From the NCBI GenBank assembly GCA_965140785.1, contig OZ223498.1:1-55522 (forward strand): a stretch of DNA of 55,522 nucleotides, given 5' to 3'. The DNA is from an uncultured Ruficoccus sp. GTDB taxonomy: Bacteria > Verrucomicrobiota > Verrucomicrobiia > Opitutales > Cerasicoccaceae. Position 1 is the first letter of the stretch. Every line of letters starts with the position of its first letter. This document shows positions 45,732 through 55,467 of this stretch, piece after piece. A program made the position numbers and the translations under genes. The notes beneath the pieces are model-generated. The model was not told where the DNA came from. It saw only the letters and a program-made list of their open reading frames with translations, and ran no database searches.

Positions 45732-47129
45732 ATGGCAGAGCAACCGACATACGATCTGGTAGTAATTGGCGGCGGACCCGCCGGCTACGCGGGCGCGATT
45801 CGCGCCGGACAATTGGGCAAGAAAGTGGCCTGCGTGGAAATGGAACGCGCGGGCGGCACCTGCCTCAACTGGGGCTGCATCCCCTCCAAGGCCCTGCTCA
45901 AGAGCGCCGAGCTTTACCGCACCATGCTGCACGCAGAGGACTTCGGCTTTAAAGTGGGGGACATTGAGGTGGACTTCGCCAAAGTGGTTGAGCGTTCCCG
46001 TGGCGTGGCCAACCAGATGGCCAAGGGCATCGAGTTTCTTTTCCGCAAAAACAAGGTCGAGTACATCAAGGGCAAGGCCCAGGTGAATGTGCCCGGTCTG
46101 GTCGAAGTCGTCGACGGCGAGGACAAGGGTAAGATCCTTTCGACCAAGAACGTCCTCATCGCCACCGGCTGCCGCGCCCGTATGCTGCCCGGGCTCCAGG
46201 CCGACGGCAAGCGCGTCATGACTGCCCGCGAGATCCTCGACCGCCGCGACCTGCCCAAGTCCTGCATCGTGCTCGGCGCAGGTGCCATCGGGATGGAGTT
46301 CGCCTACTTCATGAACGCCTTCGGCTGCGAGGTCACCATTGTCGAGATGCTCCCGAACGTCCTGCCCGTCGAAGACGAGGAGGTGTCGAAGTTCGTCGAG
46401 CGCGAGTTTAAGAAGCAGGGCCTAACCATCCACACCGACACCAAGGCCGAGAATATCGCGGTGACCGAGGACGGCGTCACTCTCGACGCGGTCAAGGGCG
46501 ACAAAGTCACCCCCCTCAAGGCCGAAAGCCTGCTGGTGGCCATCGGCGTCCAGGCCAACATGGACGGCCTGCTCTCCAAAAAGGTCAAGCTGGAGATGGA
46601 CCGCAAGTACATCAAGGTCGATCCCCACTACAACACCTCCGTCAAGGGCATCTACGCCGCCGGGGACATCATCGGACCGCCCTGGCTCGCCCATGTCGCC
46701 ACCTACGAGGCCGTCCAGGCTGTCAACGGCATGTTCGGCCACGGCGAGCCGCGCCCGATGGAGCGCTTCCCCGGATGCACCTACTGCCAGCCGCAGGTCG
46801 CCAGCATCGGCATGACCGAGCGCGACGTGAAGGAAAAGGGCCTCAAGTATAAGGTCGGCAAGTTCCCCTTCACCGCTTCCGGCAAGGCCGTCGCAGCGAT
46901 GGAGTCCGAGGGCTTCGTCAAGCTGATCGTGGCCGAGGAAGACGGCGAGTTGCTGGGCGCCCACATCACCGGCCACGAGGCCACCGAGCTGATCGCCGAG
47001 TACGCCCTGGGCATGGAACTGGAAGCGACCTGGGAGGAAATCCACGGCACCATCCACGCCCACCCGACCCTCAGCGAAGCCCTCATGGAAGCCGCCGCCG
47101 CCACCCACGGCGAGGCCATTCATATTTAG
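45732..47129 (+). CDS. lpdA: Dihydrolipoyl dehydrogenase
   Basis: VIGGGPAGY, GGTCLNWGCIPSK, GAGAIGMEFA, HAHPTLSE. Confidence 0.96.
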   Translation: MAEQPTYDLVVIGGGPAGYAGAIRAGQLGKKVACVEMERAGGTCLNWGCIPSKALLKSAELYRTMLHAEDFGFKVGDIEVDFAKVVERSRGVANQMAKGIEFLFRKNKVEYIKGKAQVNVPGLVEVVDGEDKGKILSTKNVLIATGCRARMLPGLQADGKRVMTAREILDRRDLPKSCIVLGAGAIGMEFAYFMNAFGCEVTIVEMLPNVLPVEDEEVSKFVEREFKKQGLTIHTDTKAENIAVTEDGVTLDAVKGDKVTPLKAESLLVAIGVQANMDGLLSKKVKLEMDRKYIKVDPHYNTSVKGIYAAGDIIGPPWLAHVATYEAVQAVNGMFGHGEPRPMERFPGCTYCQPQVASIGMTERDVKEKGLKYKVGKFPFTASGKAVAAMESEGFVKLIVAEEDGELLGAHITGHEATELIAEYALGMELEATWEEIHGTIHAHPTLSEALMEAAAATHGEAIHI

Positions 47130-47143
47130 CCGCACCCAGTGCA

Positions 47144-47246
47144 GTTGCGGGGCTCCGCGCCCCGCAACCCGCGGCGGCTGATAGCTGGTCCAGCCGGACC
47201 CTGCACTTCCGGTCCAGCGCCCGGGCTTCGCCCAAACGCTGGACCG
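47144..47246. repeat. GC-rich hairpins downstream of lpdA (REP-like or terminator)
   Basis: GTTGCGGGGC-TCCGC-GCCCCGCAAC and CGGTCCAGCG...CGCTGGACCG. Confidence 0.5.
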
Positions 47247-47501
47247 ACTTTGAATGCTTTCCTGACGTGGTCAGTCCAATCCTAAACCTGTCAATCCAGG
47301 GATCTCCTCTGGATGGCGACCCCGTTTTGATACTCTTTTCCACAAACGCCAATGTAAGGCATCGTATGGAAAGTGCAGCAGCAATCAGGGGTAGCGGCCT
47401 TCCTGACCGCGTAGGGGAACTTGTTCCCCTTAGTGCCACCGGGTGCAACCCGGGGCGGGTCTGGGCGGCATAAGCCCAGTATTAATTTCCAACAACATCC
47501 C

Positions 47502-48137
47502 ATGACCCGAGTTATTATCATCCGCCACGGCGAGACTGAGTGGAACCTGCAAGGCCGTTATCAGGGGCAGGACAATTCGCCGCTGACCCAGCGGGGCGTG
47601 GCCCAGGCCAAGGCGGCGGGCCAGCGCCTGGCCGCGGTCCATCTGGATGCGATTGTTTCCAGCGACCTGGAACGTGCCGTCCGCACTGCCGACAAGATCG
47701 CCGCAGCGCACCCGGAAACGCGACGCTTTGAAGACGAGCGCCTGCGCGAGCGCCACTTTGGCAAGCTCACCGCGATGACCCGCGAGGAGGCTTTGGCAAA
47801 ATACCCGGAGGAGGAAAAGAGCTACCTCAGCCACGACCCGGACTACCGCATTCCCGGCGGCGAGAGCCTGCGCGATGTTTATGACCGCACCGCCGCCGCC
47901 CTCGACGATTGGGCTGGGCGCTTCGAAGGAAAAACCCTCTGCGTCGTGACCCATGGTGGCGCGCTGGGGCAGTTCCTGCGTTACGTGCTGGGCATCCCGC
48001 TCAACCACCAGCGGGCCTATAAATTCGTCAACTGCGCCTACACGGAGTTCACCTGGGAGGCAGGCCACTGGCTCATGCACACCTGGGGCGACACGCACCA
48101 CCTCGCCCATCTCGGCGCCGAAGACGACATCCGCTGA
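47502..48137 (+). CDS. Histidine phosphatase (phosphoglycerate mutase family)
   Basis: IRHGETEWN, SSDLERA..TA, LRERHFG, PGGES, VVTHGG. Confidence 0.92.
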   Translation: MTRVIIIRHGETEWNLQGRYQGQDNSPLTQRGVAQAKAAGQRLAAVHLDAIVSSDLERAVRTADKIAAAHPETRRFEDERLRERHFGKLTAMTREEALAKYPEEEKSYLSHDPDYRIPGGESLRDVYDRTAAALDDWAGRFEGKTLCVVTHGGALGQFLRYVLGIPLNHQRAYKFVNCAYTEFTWEAGHWLMHTWGDTHHLAHLGAEDDIR

Positions 48138-48365
48138 AGGGCATAGCCCTTCGCCCCCGATCCTTCGGATCGTGATGGATTTGTTGAAGATAAATCCATA
48201 CGGGCACATCAGGTTGGCAGACCGGCGAAGATCCGGGGTTCTCCGATCTGCGTGTGACGGAACTCTCTTTCGACTCCGCTCGCAGCAAGAGTGAAAGAAT
48301 GCTGCCCCAACCGGACCTTTCGGCTTGTCATCCCTGCGCAACCCGCCATCGTGTCCCTTTCTGCT

Positions 48366-48440
48366 GCTCCCGTAGTTCAATGGATAGAATGTCGGTTTCC
48401 GGTACCGAAGATTCGGGTTCGACTCCCGGCGGGAGTACCA
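48366..48440 (+). tRNA. tRNA-Arg (anticodon CCG)
   Basis: GCTCCCG/CGGGAGT acceptor stem, D arm, TCGGT-TTCCGGT-ACCGA anticodon arm, GGTTCGACTCC T arm, encoded CCA. Confidence 0.96.
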
Positions 48441-48555
48441 GCGGTAAGGCCTTCATGGATAGGGATGCGCTGGTGTTTGGGTGAAGTGCTGGGATGTTGG
48501 ATTTGTTTAGCTTTTGCCGGTGAGTGCAGCCATGCAGGTGAAGAGATGTGGGTAC

Positions 48556-48585
48556 AAAAAAGCGGCGGGTTTTCAGGCCGCCGCT
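48556..48585 (-). terminator. Intrinsic terminator of the carbonic anhydrase gene
   Basis: AGCGGCGG/CCGCCGCT stem followed by a T-run on the minus strand. Confidence 0.65.
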
Positions 48586-48665
48586 GGGTGATAAAAGGGT
48601 GCCTTCCGGAAGTGAAGGCTGGTTGTGAGCTGGAACGAGAACCGGGGCTCGCGCCGTTGCGGGCG

Positions 48666-49439
48666 TTACTTCTCGTCGAGGAATTCGACTTCGCCGGATT
48701 CGAGGTGATAGACGCCACCGACGATCATGATCTCGCCGTCGTCTTCCATCTGCTTGAGGATCGGGCTCTGGTCGCGGATCTGTTGCATGGCGAGGAGGAC
48801 ATTGTCATCGCAGACGGCCTGGACAAACTTCGGGTTGGAGGCGGTGGCGTCGCCTTTGAAGCTGGAGGAGGCTTCCTTCACGGCGGGCTGGATCTTGGCC
48901 AGCAGTTCGGTGATGTTGCCGAGCTTAACGTCCTGGATGGCGGAGCGGATCGCGCCGCAGTGCTCATGGCCAAGGACCAGAACCAGCCGGGAGCCGGAGA
49001 CTTTGCAGGCGAACTCCATGCTGCCGATGATGTCCACGTTGACGATGTTGCCAGCGACGCGGGCCACGAAGAGGTCGCCGATGCCGCAGTGGAAGACGTC
49101 CTCGACTGGCACGCGTGAGTCCAGGCAGGAGAGGACGACGGCCATCGGGTACTGGCCCAGGGCGGCGTCGCGCACACGCTGGGTGTTGTTGCGCACGGTC
49201 AGGTTGTCGTTGATGTAGTCGTGGTTGCCCTGCTTAAGCGTGGCGAGTACCTTTTCCGGGGTCAGCTTGGCCTGGGCCTCGCGGGTCAGCACGGTGTCCG
49301 CGATGACTTCGGAGGCGGGGATGGCAATGTCTTTGGCACCGGCCATCTGGCCGGGGTTGGGGGAGTTTGTCTTGTCGGCATGAGCCAGCACCGGAAGGGA
49401 GCAGGCGGTGAGAATCGCGAATGAGAGGATTTTTTTCAT
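48666..49439 (-). CDS. Secreted beta-class carbonic anhydrase
   Basis: Signal peptide; LSCLDSRV, RVAGN, LGHEHCGA zinc ligands. Confidence 0.93.
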   Translation of the reverse strand: MKKILSFAILTACSLPVLAHADKTNSPNPGQMAGAKDIAIPASEVIADTVLTREAQAKLTPEKVLATLKQGNHDYINDNLTVRNNTQRVRDAALGQYPMAVVLSCLDSRVPVEDVFHCGIGDLFVARVAGNIVNVDIIGSMEFACKVSGSRLVLVLGHEHCGAIRSAIQDVKLGNITELLAKIQPAVKEASSSFKGDATASNPKFVQAVCDDNVLLAMQQIRDQSPILKQMEDDGEIMIVGGVYHLESGEVEFLDEK

Positions 49440-49562
49440 ATAGATTTATCTAGGTGAGAACGTTTTTTTTATGTGGGGTGTGAGAGTTTGTGAGATTGGA
49501 TGGAGTCGGGTAGAGGCCCTTCGCCAGAACGGACGAGCCTGGGTGGCTCCGGTGCGCCGGCT

Positions 49563-49994
49563 TTAGCAGGGGGTAACGCCTTTTTTGAGCAGGATGTTGC
49601 CGTACTTGGCGGTTTCGCCGGTCATGAGCACGGCAAAGGCGTCCTTCGTGCGGTCGTAGAAGGCGAAGCGGTCGATCCGGGCGATAGCCGGGGCCTCGGG
49701 GGCGTGCTTTTTGATCGGGACGCGGTAGGACTCCTCTACCGCCGGGTCGAGGGTGTCGCCCTCGACGGCGGCCATCATGACCAGCGGGGCGTCCACGTAG
49801 GCGTCGAGCTCGAACAGCGGCAGGATCGCGTCGAGCAGGTCGGGGATGCGCAGGCCGTCGGCCCGCAGCACGCGGCTGTTAAAGCTTTCGCCGGGGAAGT
49901 GCGCGTCGGCGAGAACGATTTCATCGCCATGGCCCATGCGGGCGAGCACAGCGAGTAGTTCCGGGGAAATCAGCGGGGAGATTCCTTTGAGCAT
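49563..49994 (-). CDS. fucU: L-fucose mutarotase (RbsD/FucU family)
   Basis: [50 protein letters not shown]. Confidence 0.92.
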   Translation of the reverse strand: MLKGISPLISPELLAVLARMGHGDEIVLADAHFPGESFNSRVLRADGLRIPDLLDAILPLFELDAYVDAPLVMMAAVEGDTLDPAVEESYRVPIKKHAPEAPAIARIDRFAFYDRTKDAFAVLMTGETAKYGNILLKKGVTPC

Positions 49995-50136
49995 AAGTGA
50001 ACGTATTGAAGCATGACTGCCTTACAGGCAAAGCAAGGCCGGTAGGCTAGTAAACTTACGGCCCGAAGGAAAGCCCTTAAAACGGCGTCTTCACCGGTCG
50101 GAATCCGTACTGCGCAACGGTCCTGGCGCGTGAACT

Positions 50137-51213
50137 TCAACGGTGGACCTCGGGCAGGGCGAACGCGCTCCGCTGTTTGATCTCTTCACTGATTTTGAGA
50201 ACCGCCAGGCCCTGTTCGAGGGTGACCGGGAAGGGGGTGCCTTCCTTGATGGCCGCGTAGGTAGCGGCCCAGATCGTGGTGATGTCAGCCGGGGTTGACG
50301 GCTCGATTTCGATGTCCTGCTCAATCCAGCGGACCGCTTCGAGGTCGGCGTAGGCGTTGCTGATGCCGCCTTCGAGGGGGGGATTGCCGGGATGGGCTTC
50401 GACCTGTTGAAAGACCTGCTCCGGGTCGATGTATTTTAAGTGAATGCGGTTTTCGTGGCAGGTGAGGGCTCCGCGTGTGCCGAAGACGGTGTACGCGGGC
50501 TGGGGGAGGGCGACGCCGCTGCTGATCTCCAGGTCAACGACTCTTCCGCTCTCGCCTTTCATCACCACCTTCAGGTGATCCTCGGCATCGCCGACCGCGG
50601 CGACTCTTTTGAGGTCGCTCCAGGTTTCCTTGACCTGGTAATCCAGGAACTGGAGGGCGTGGTCGATGATGTGCGGGCCCCAGTTGTTGAGCTGTCCGCC
50701 GCCGCAGGCGATGAGGGTCTGCCAGTCGCTGCGTCGCTTGTAGCTGTGGCGGCAGAGCTTGATCTCATAGACCTCGCCGAGCAGGCCGGAGTCGATGATC
50801 TCCCGGACGCGGTTGAAGGCCGCCTCGAAGCGGCGGTTGTGCCGCAGGAAGAGCTTACCGGGGTATTGGCTGTCCAAGGCCTTCAGCCGCAGGCCGTCCG
50901 CGTAGGTGAGGGCGATCGGTTTGTCCAGGACCACATATTTCCCGGTGGCGAGGGCTTTTTCGCAATGGGCGACATGGTCCGCAGAACGCGTCGCGATCGT
51001 GATCATGTCGGTCGCCGGATCGTTGAGAAGCGCCTCTTCGCTCGCGTAAGCTTTTGCCCCGGTCTTTTGCGTAAAAATCCGGTTGTGCTCCGGGTCGATG
51101 TCGTAGCCGCCACAGACTTCGTACATCTGCGGATATTGCATGAGTTCGGCCGCATGCATGTTTATCCCGGCCCGGCCCAGGCCCCAAATTCCGACTTTAA
51201 TCCGATCAGACAT
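50137..51213 (-). CDS. Gfo/Idh/MocA-family oxidoreductase
   Basis: GIWGLGRAG, VVLDKPIA, HNRRF, GGGQLNNWGPHIID. Confidence 0.9.
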   Translation of the reverse strand: MSDRIKVGIWGLGRAGINMHAAELMQYPQMYEVCGGYDIDPEHNRIFTQKTGAKAYASEEALLNDPATDMITIATRSADHVAHCEKALATGKYVVLDKPIALTYADGLRLKALDSQYPGKLFLRHNRRFEAAFNRVREIIDSGLLGEVYEIKLCRHSYKRRSDWQTLIACGGGQLNNWGPHIIDHALQFLDYQVKETWSDLKRVAAVGDAEDHLKVVMKGESGRVVDLEISSGVALPQPAYTVFGTRGALTCHENRIHLKYIDPEQVFQQVEAHPGNPPLEGGISNAYADLEAVRWIEQDIEIEPSTPADITTIWAATYAAIKEGTPFPVTLEQGLAVLKISEEIKQRSAFALPEVHR

Positions 51214-51314
51214 AGACTCTTGTCGTTGAAAAAAGCAGGTATCGCCAAAATCAAAAGCCAAGGCAATCCTCATCGCCGCTGGACGGTCTTGAAATCGACG
51301 AAAGCGGACGTGGC

Positions 51315-51479
51315 CTAGTGTCGTGTTAGCCTAGTTCTTAATTAAATACTCATGGCCACCAAAAAACACAAAGAGGATATCTCCGATGTCGCACGCGTGT
51401 GAGCTGACTACTTTTGCGCCTTTTCGTGCCTTTTTGTGGCTAATGACTCATTTCAATTACGAATCGGACACCACACTAG
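51315..51479. mobile_element. CTAG-bounded MITE-like element containing family A repeat copy 3
   Basis: CTAGTGTCGTGT ... ACACCACACTAG inverted ends; internal TTAGCCTAGTTCTTAA and GCCACCAAAAAACAC...GTGCCTTTTTGTGGC. Confidence 0.6.
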
Positions 51480-52267
51480 AGGTTCTTGGAGGCGAGATAC
51501 TCGAAGCTGGACTTGAGGCAGTCGAAGGGATCGCGGTAGCAGTTGTCCTGCTCGACGGCGTACCAGTCCACGCCGGCAGCCGCGCAGGCCGGGAGGATGT
51601 TGTCCCAGTCCATGTTGCCCTCGCCGATGGGGGCCATGCGGGTGTCGTTGGTCGGTTCGTTGACCTCCTTGTCCTTGAGGTGGATGACCGGGACGCGCCC
51701 CTTGGAGCGTTCGAGGATGCGAACGCAGTTGGCGCCGGCGTGCTCGAGCCAGTACAGGTCGAGTTCGAGCATGACCTGCGGGTCGGTCTCGTCGATGAGG
51801 ATATCGAGGAGCGAGGGGCCGTTTTTCTCGGGGCGGAAAAACTCTTTGCTGTGGTTGTGCAGGCCGAAGCGGATCCCGGCTTTCTTCAGGGCTTCGACGA
51901 CCGGGCCGGATTCCTGGATAAAGCGGCGGTAGCCCGCGTAGGTGTCACCGTAATTGGCGGGAATGCCGCCGATGGCCACGTAGTCGCAGCCGAGTGTTTT
52001 GTGGAAATCGATCTCGGCCTCGACGTTCTTCAGAAGGTTGTCCCAAGGGCGGTGGGTGGCAATGCAGATGAGGCCGTTGTCGTCGAGCATCTGGCGGGCG
52101 GCTTTGGCGTCGACCTCTGGCGAATCGCCATTCATGGAGCCGATGGCGGACATCTGGACGGCGGGGTAGCCGATGTCGCTGATCGCTTTCAGCGTCTTGG
52201 CCAGATCGGCGGCGCTCTTGGTGTGCTCGCGCAGGGTGTACATTTGTACGGCGGTCTTCGATTTCAT
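51476..52267 (-). CDS. Sugar phosphate isomerase/epimerase (xylose isomerase-like TIM barrel)
   Basis: VQMYTLR, LHNHSKEF, ELDLYW, IHLKD, IGEGNMDW, VEQD. Confidence 0.9.
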   Translation of the reverse strand: MKSKTAVQMYTLREHTKSAADLAKTLKAISDIGYPAVQMSAIGSMNGDSPEVDAKAARQMLDDNGLICIATHRPWDNLLKNVEAEIDFHKTLGCDYVAIGGIPANYGDTYAGYRRFIQESGPVVEALKKAGIRFGLHNHSKEFFRPEKNGPSLLDILIDETDPQVMLELDLYWLEHAGANCVRILERSKGRVPVIHLKDKEVNEPTNDTRMAPIGEGNMDWDNILPACAAAGVDWYAVEQDNCYRDPFDCLKSSFEYLASKNL

Positions 52268-52384
52268 AAAGCGGTATCTCCGGGTTGCGGGGTGAGACGG
52301 GCTTGCTGCCCAAAGCTAAAGAGTAACAAAATCGCACCGCATTTTTAAATAGGCAATTGCGGCAATTTTTTGTTAAATCACGGC

Positions 52385-53182
52385 ATGAAAAGCGAGGCCC
52401 TTTTCCCGCCCATCCGAATCAACACAGTGGGGCAAACAATCCCGTCTCCGCAGTGGCGCTGGGACCCGGGACCGATGCGGGATCACGACCTCGTGATCCT
52501 GATGGAGGGGCAGGGGACCTATTCGGATGGGGAATCCTTGTGGAAGGTTTCTCCGGGATCCTGCATGTTTTTTCAGCCGCAGGAAAGCTACCGCGGGGTT
52601 CAGGAGCCCATGCGCCCGGTGGCGATGTTTTTTGTCCATTTCGATTTTCTGGATAGAAAAAGTCGGCCTGTGGGGATGGCGGGGGAAAGGCTGTTGCCGC
52701 GACACTTCCAGACGGACCGTTTTGAATTCGTCCAACGCATGAGCTGGCGCCTATTGGAGGCTTATAGACGCGGAACGGTCGAGGAGGCGGACGTCTGGTT
52801 GCGGGCCTTGATCCTGGAGCTGAGGCGACAGGCGCTGCAACCGCGCTGGCAGGGGATCGAGCGGGAGCAGGCCGAGCGGGTGGAGGCTCTCTGCGGAGAG
52901 ATTCGCGGGCGTATCGGGGAGCCCTGGCGGCTGGCGGATATCTCGACCCGGTTGGGGTGCGGGGCTGAGCATGCCGGGCGGCTATTTCGCAAGTACCGGG
53001 GCGTGGCACCGGGTGAATACGTCATCCAGGCCCGGCTGGAAGCGGCCAAGGCACTGCTCAACTCCTCTTCGCTCAGTATCAGCCAGGTCGCGGAGACGCT
53101 GGGATTCTGCGATGTCTATGCGCTCAGCCGTCAGTTCAAGCAGCGGACGGGGCTGAGCCCGCGCGCTTTCAGGGAGCAATGA
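52385..53182 (+). CDS. AraC-family transcriptional regulator
   Basis: Cupin N-domain; C-terminal RLEAAKALL...ISQVAETLGF.D...LSRQFKQRTGLSP. Confidence 0.93.
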   Translation: MKSEALFPPIRINTVGQTIPSPQWRWDPGPMRDHDLVILMEGQGTYSDGESLWKVSPGSCMFFQPQESYRGVQEPMRPVAMFFVHFDFLDRKSRPVGMAGERLLPRHFQTDRFEFVQRMSWRLLEAYRRGTVEEADVWLRALILELRRQALQPRWQGIEREQAERVEALCGEIRGRIGEPWRLADISTRLGCGAEHAGRLFRKYRGVAPGEYVIQARLEAAKALLNSSSLSISQVAETLGFCDVYALSRQFKQRTGLSPRAFREQ

Positions 53183-53336
53183 GCGCGGAGGCGCAGGACC
53201 CGAGGGGAACGGAGAGGCGTGTGCTGAGAGGGAAAGGGTCCGCCGGGGGGGGCGAAGCCGGTGTCGCGGGGGATGTGAGGGCCGTCGAAGGAGGGGTGTG
53301 TTCAGGGCTGCTGGGAGCCTGCGAGAGCACGAGCGG

Positions 53337-53374
53337 GGAGATCCTTCGACTCGTTGCGCTCGCTCAGGATGACA
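53337..53374. repeat. REP-like element of the GTCATCCTGAGC...GAAGGATCT type
   Basis: GAGATCCTTCGACTCGTTGCGCTCGCTCAGGATGACA. Confidence 0.6.
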
Positions 53375-53452
53375 GCTTCTGTTGACCGACCCCGGGGTGG
53401 GTGAGGGTATTGTCATTTTTTGTTTTAAACAAAATTGTTTATAATTAGGCGT

Positions 53453-53480
53453 AAAAAAAGAGCCGACTTCGGCTCTTTTT
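53453..53480. terminator. Bidirectional intrinsic terminator
   Basis: AAAAAAAGAGCCG-ACTT-CGGCTCTTTTT between convergent genes. Confidence 0.85.
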
Positions 53481-53554
53481 GAAAGTCCCGCTGGGCGCTT
53501 TCGCGTTGGCGGCGTGTTCGCGGGGCTGACCTGCGGGCGGACCCGGAGGGGGCG

Positions 53555-54244
53555 TTATTCGGTCAGGGCGGCGGTCTTGATGTTGGGGAGCAGAACCGTG
53601 TCGATGACGTAAACGACGCCGTTGGAGGCGGTGATATCGGTTTCGACGACCTTGGCCCCGCCAGCGGTGAAATAACCGTCGGTGAAGGCCAGCTCCAGCG
53701 GCGCGCAGTTAACGGTTTCGACTTCACCGGCCTGGATGTCCTTCATCCGCAGTTTGCCGGGGACGGCGTGGTAGGTGAGAATAGCGGCGAGCTGTTCCTT
53801 GTTCTCAGGCTTGAGCAATTCGTCCAGCATACCTGCCGGGAGGCTGGCAAAGGCTTGGTCGCTGGGAATGAAAAGGGTGTACGGGCCTTCGGCCTGAAGC
53901 TCGGCGGTGATCCCGGCCTGCTGGGCGGCGGAGACGAAAGTGCTCAGGTTTTTCTGGTCGGCGGCGGTGGAGACGACATCGCCCTTGTTCTTGCCCTTGC
54001 TGGCGGCCATGTCGGAGCAGGCGCCCCCGGCGCAGTCAGCGGCGGATTTCTTGGCACTGTAGCCGTAGGGACAGGTGCCTCCGTCCATGTCGGATTGGGT
54101 CGCAGGCTGAGTCGCCGCGGTTTCGGTTTTTTTCGGGCCGGTGGAGGCCGAAGCGCTGCCGCAGCAACCGGCGCCAGCCTGGGCGGCGGGCACGGCCAGC
54201 AGGCCGGAAAGGGAAAGGGTGAGGAGGTGAAGATGGATTTTCAT
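53555..54244 (-). CDS. Secreted fasciclin (FAS1) domain protein with Cys-rich N-terminal extension
   Basis: GPYTLFIPSDQAF, ILTYHAVPG, DITASNGVVYVIDTVL. Confidence 0.9.
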   Translation of the reverse strand: MKIHLHLLTLSLSGLLAVPAAQAGAGCCGSASASTGPKKTETAATQPATQSDMDGGTCPYGYSAKKSAADCAGGACSDMAASKGKNKGDVVSTAADQKNLSTFVSAAQQAGITAELQAEGPYTLFIPSDQAFASLPAGMLDELLKPENKEQLAAILTYHAVPGKLRMKDIQAGEVETVNCAPLELAFTDGYFTAGGAKVVETDITASNGVVYVIDTVLLPNIKTAALTE

Positions 54245-54393
54245 GAATAATAGCGGTTGAGAGTGACAGAGAAATGTTGAACAGACGGGGATTTTCGTTT
54301 TTGTCAACCAGTTGACGGAGTTAGCCTTTATCGGGCGTTTTTATCAGGATTATCAGGGCACGTAAGTTGCTTTCACAGACAGTATTACAGCAT

Positions 54394-55374
54394 ATGGGGG
54401 AGGTTAGGGCGGATGTAGCCATTATTGGAGCCGGTTTATCTGGATTGCTGGCGGCTCAAGCGCTGGTGCGGACGGGTTGCCGGGTGGTGGTTTTGGAAAA
54501 AAGCCGTGGCGTGGGCGGGCGGATGGCGACCCGCCGTTTCGCGGGCGCCGTCTTCGACCATGGTGTGCAAAATTTTACGGTCCGCTCCGGGCGTTTCCGC
54601 GAATGTGTCGAGAGCTGGGTGGAGGCTGGGGTGGCGGTTCCGTGGTACTCCTGTCGCACGAGCGACGGTTTGGAAACCATTCACTACCGGGGCGCTCCCT
54701 CCATGAACGCCGTGGGCAAGCACCTGGCGCGGGGGCTCGATCTGCGCTGCGAATCTCTGGTCACAGCGGCCAGCCGGCGGGACGGGCAGTGGTTCCTGCA
54801 GGTGGCGGGGACGGACGATGTCCAGGCGCGGTTGTTGCTGATGACGGCTCCGGCGCCGCAAACCCGGGCCATTCTGGATGCCGGTGGTTATGGCTGGCCG
54901 ACAGAAGTCTCTCAGCCGCTGCACAAGGTGAGCTACGTTAAAATGCTGACCGTGCTGGCGCTGCTGGACGGTCCGAGCGGATTACCGGGACCGGGAATCC
55001 TGGAGCCCCCCGGGGGCGAGCCGGTGGCCTGGGTGGCCGATAACGCGCTCAAGGGCGTCTCCCCGTTGCCCTGCCTGACGATCCACAGCGGTGCGGAGTT
55101 CGCCCAGCGTTTTTATGACTCTCCCGACGAGGTGCGCATGCCGTTGCTGCTGAACGCAGTGCGCCCCCACCTGCAGGCGCAGGTCATCCGGACGCATGCC
55201 CACCGCTGGCGCTATGCCTTCCGCCGGGCCGGCATCCACGGGCCCTGCCTGGCGCACCTGGAGACGGCATTATGGTTTTCCGGGGACGCTTTCATCGACG
55301 AACGGGTGGAGGGGGCGGCCCTGTCCGGGCTGGCGGCGGCGGACTCCCTGGCCGAGGCACTGCGCGGGCTGTAG
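54394..55374 (+). CDS. FAD/NAD-dependent oxidoreductase (renalase-like)
   Basis: IIGAGLSGL, LEKSRGVGGRMATRR, FDHG.Q.F, HRWRYA, VEGAALSG. Confidence 0.9.
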   Translation: MGEVRADVAIIGAGLSGLLAAQALVRTGCRVVVLEKSRGVGGRMATRRFAGAVFDHGVQNFTVRSGRFRECVESWVEAGVAVPWYSCRTSDGLETIHYRGAPSMNAVGKHLARGLDLRCESLVTAASRRDGQWFLQVAGTDDVQARLLLMTAPAPQTRAILDAGGYGWPTEVSQPLHKVSYVKMLTVLALLDGPSGLPGPGILEPPGGEPVAWVADNALKGVSPLPCLTIHSGAEFAQRFYDSPDEVRMPLLLNAVRPHLQAQVIRTHAHRWRYAFRRAGIHGPCLAHLETALWFSGDAFIDERVEGAALSGLAAADSLAEALRGL

Positions 55375-55467
55375 TTTTTTAAGAAGGAGATCGGAAGGAG
55401 CGGAAAAAGGCGGAAGGTGATTTGTCCGTCTTTTTCTATTTTGTAGTATTCCTACCTCGGTGGCCCC

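Noticed and set aside
48366..48700. tRNA-anchored genomic island
   Set aside because: No integrase and no duplicated tRNA 3' end seen in the window.
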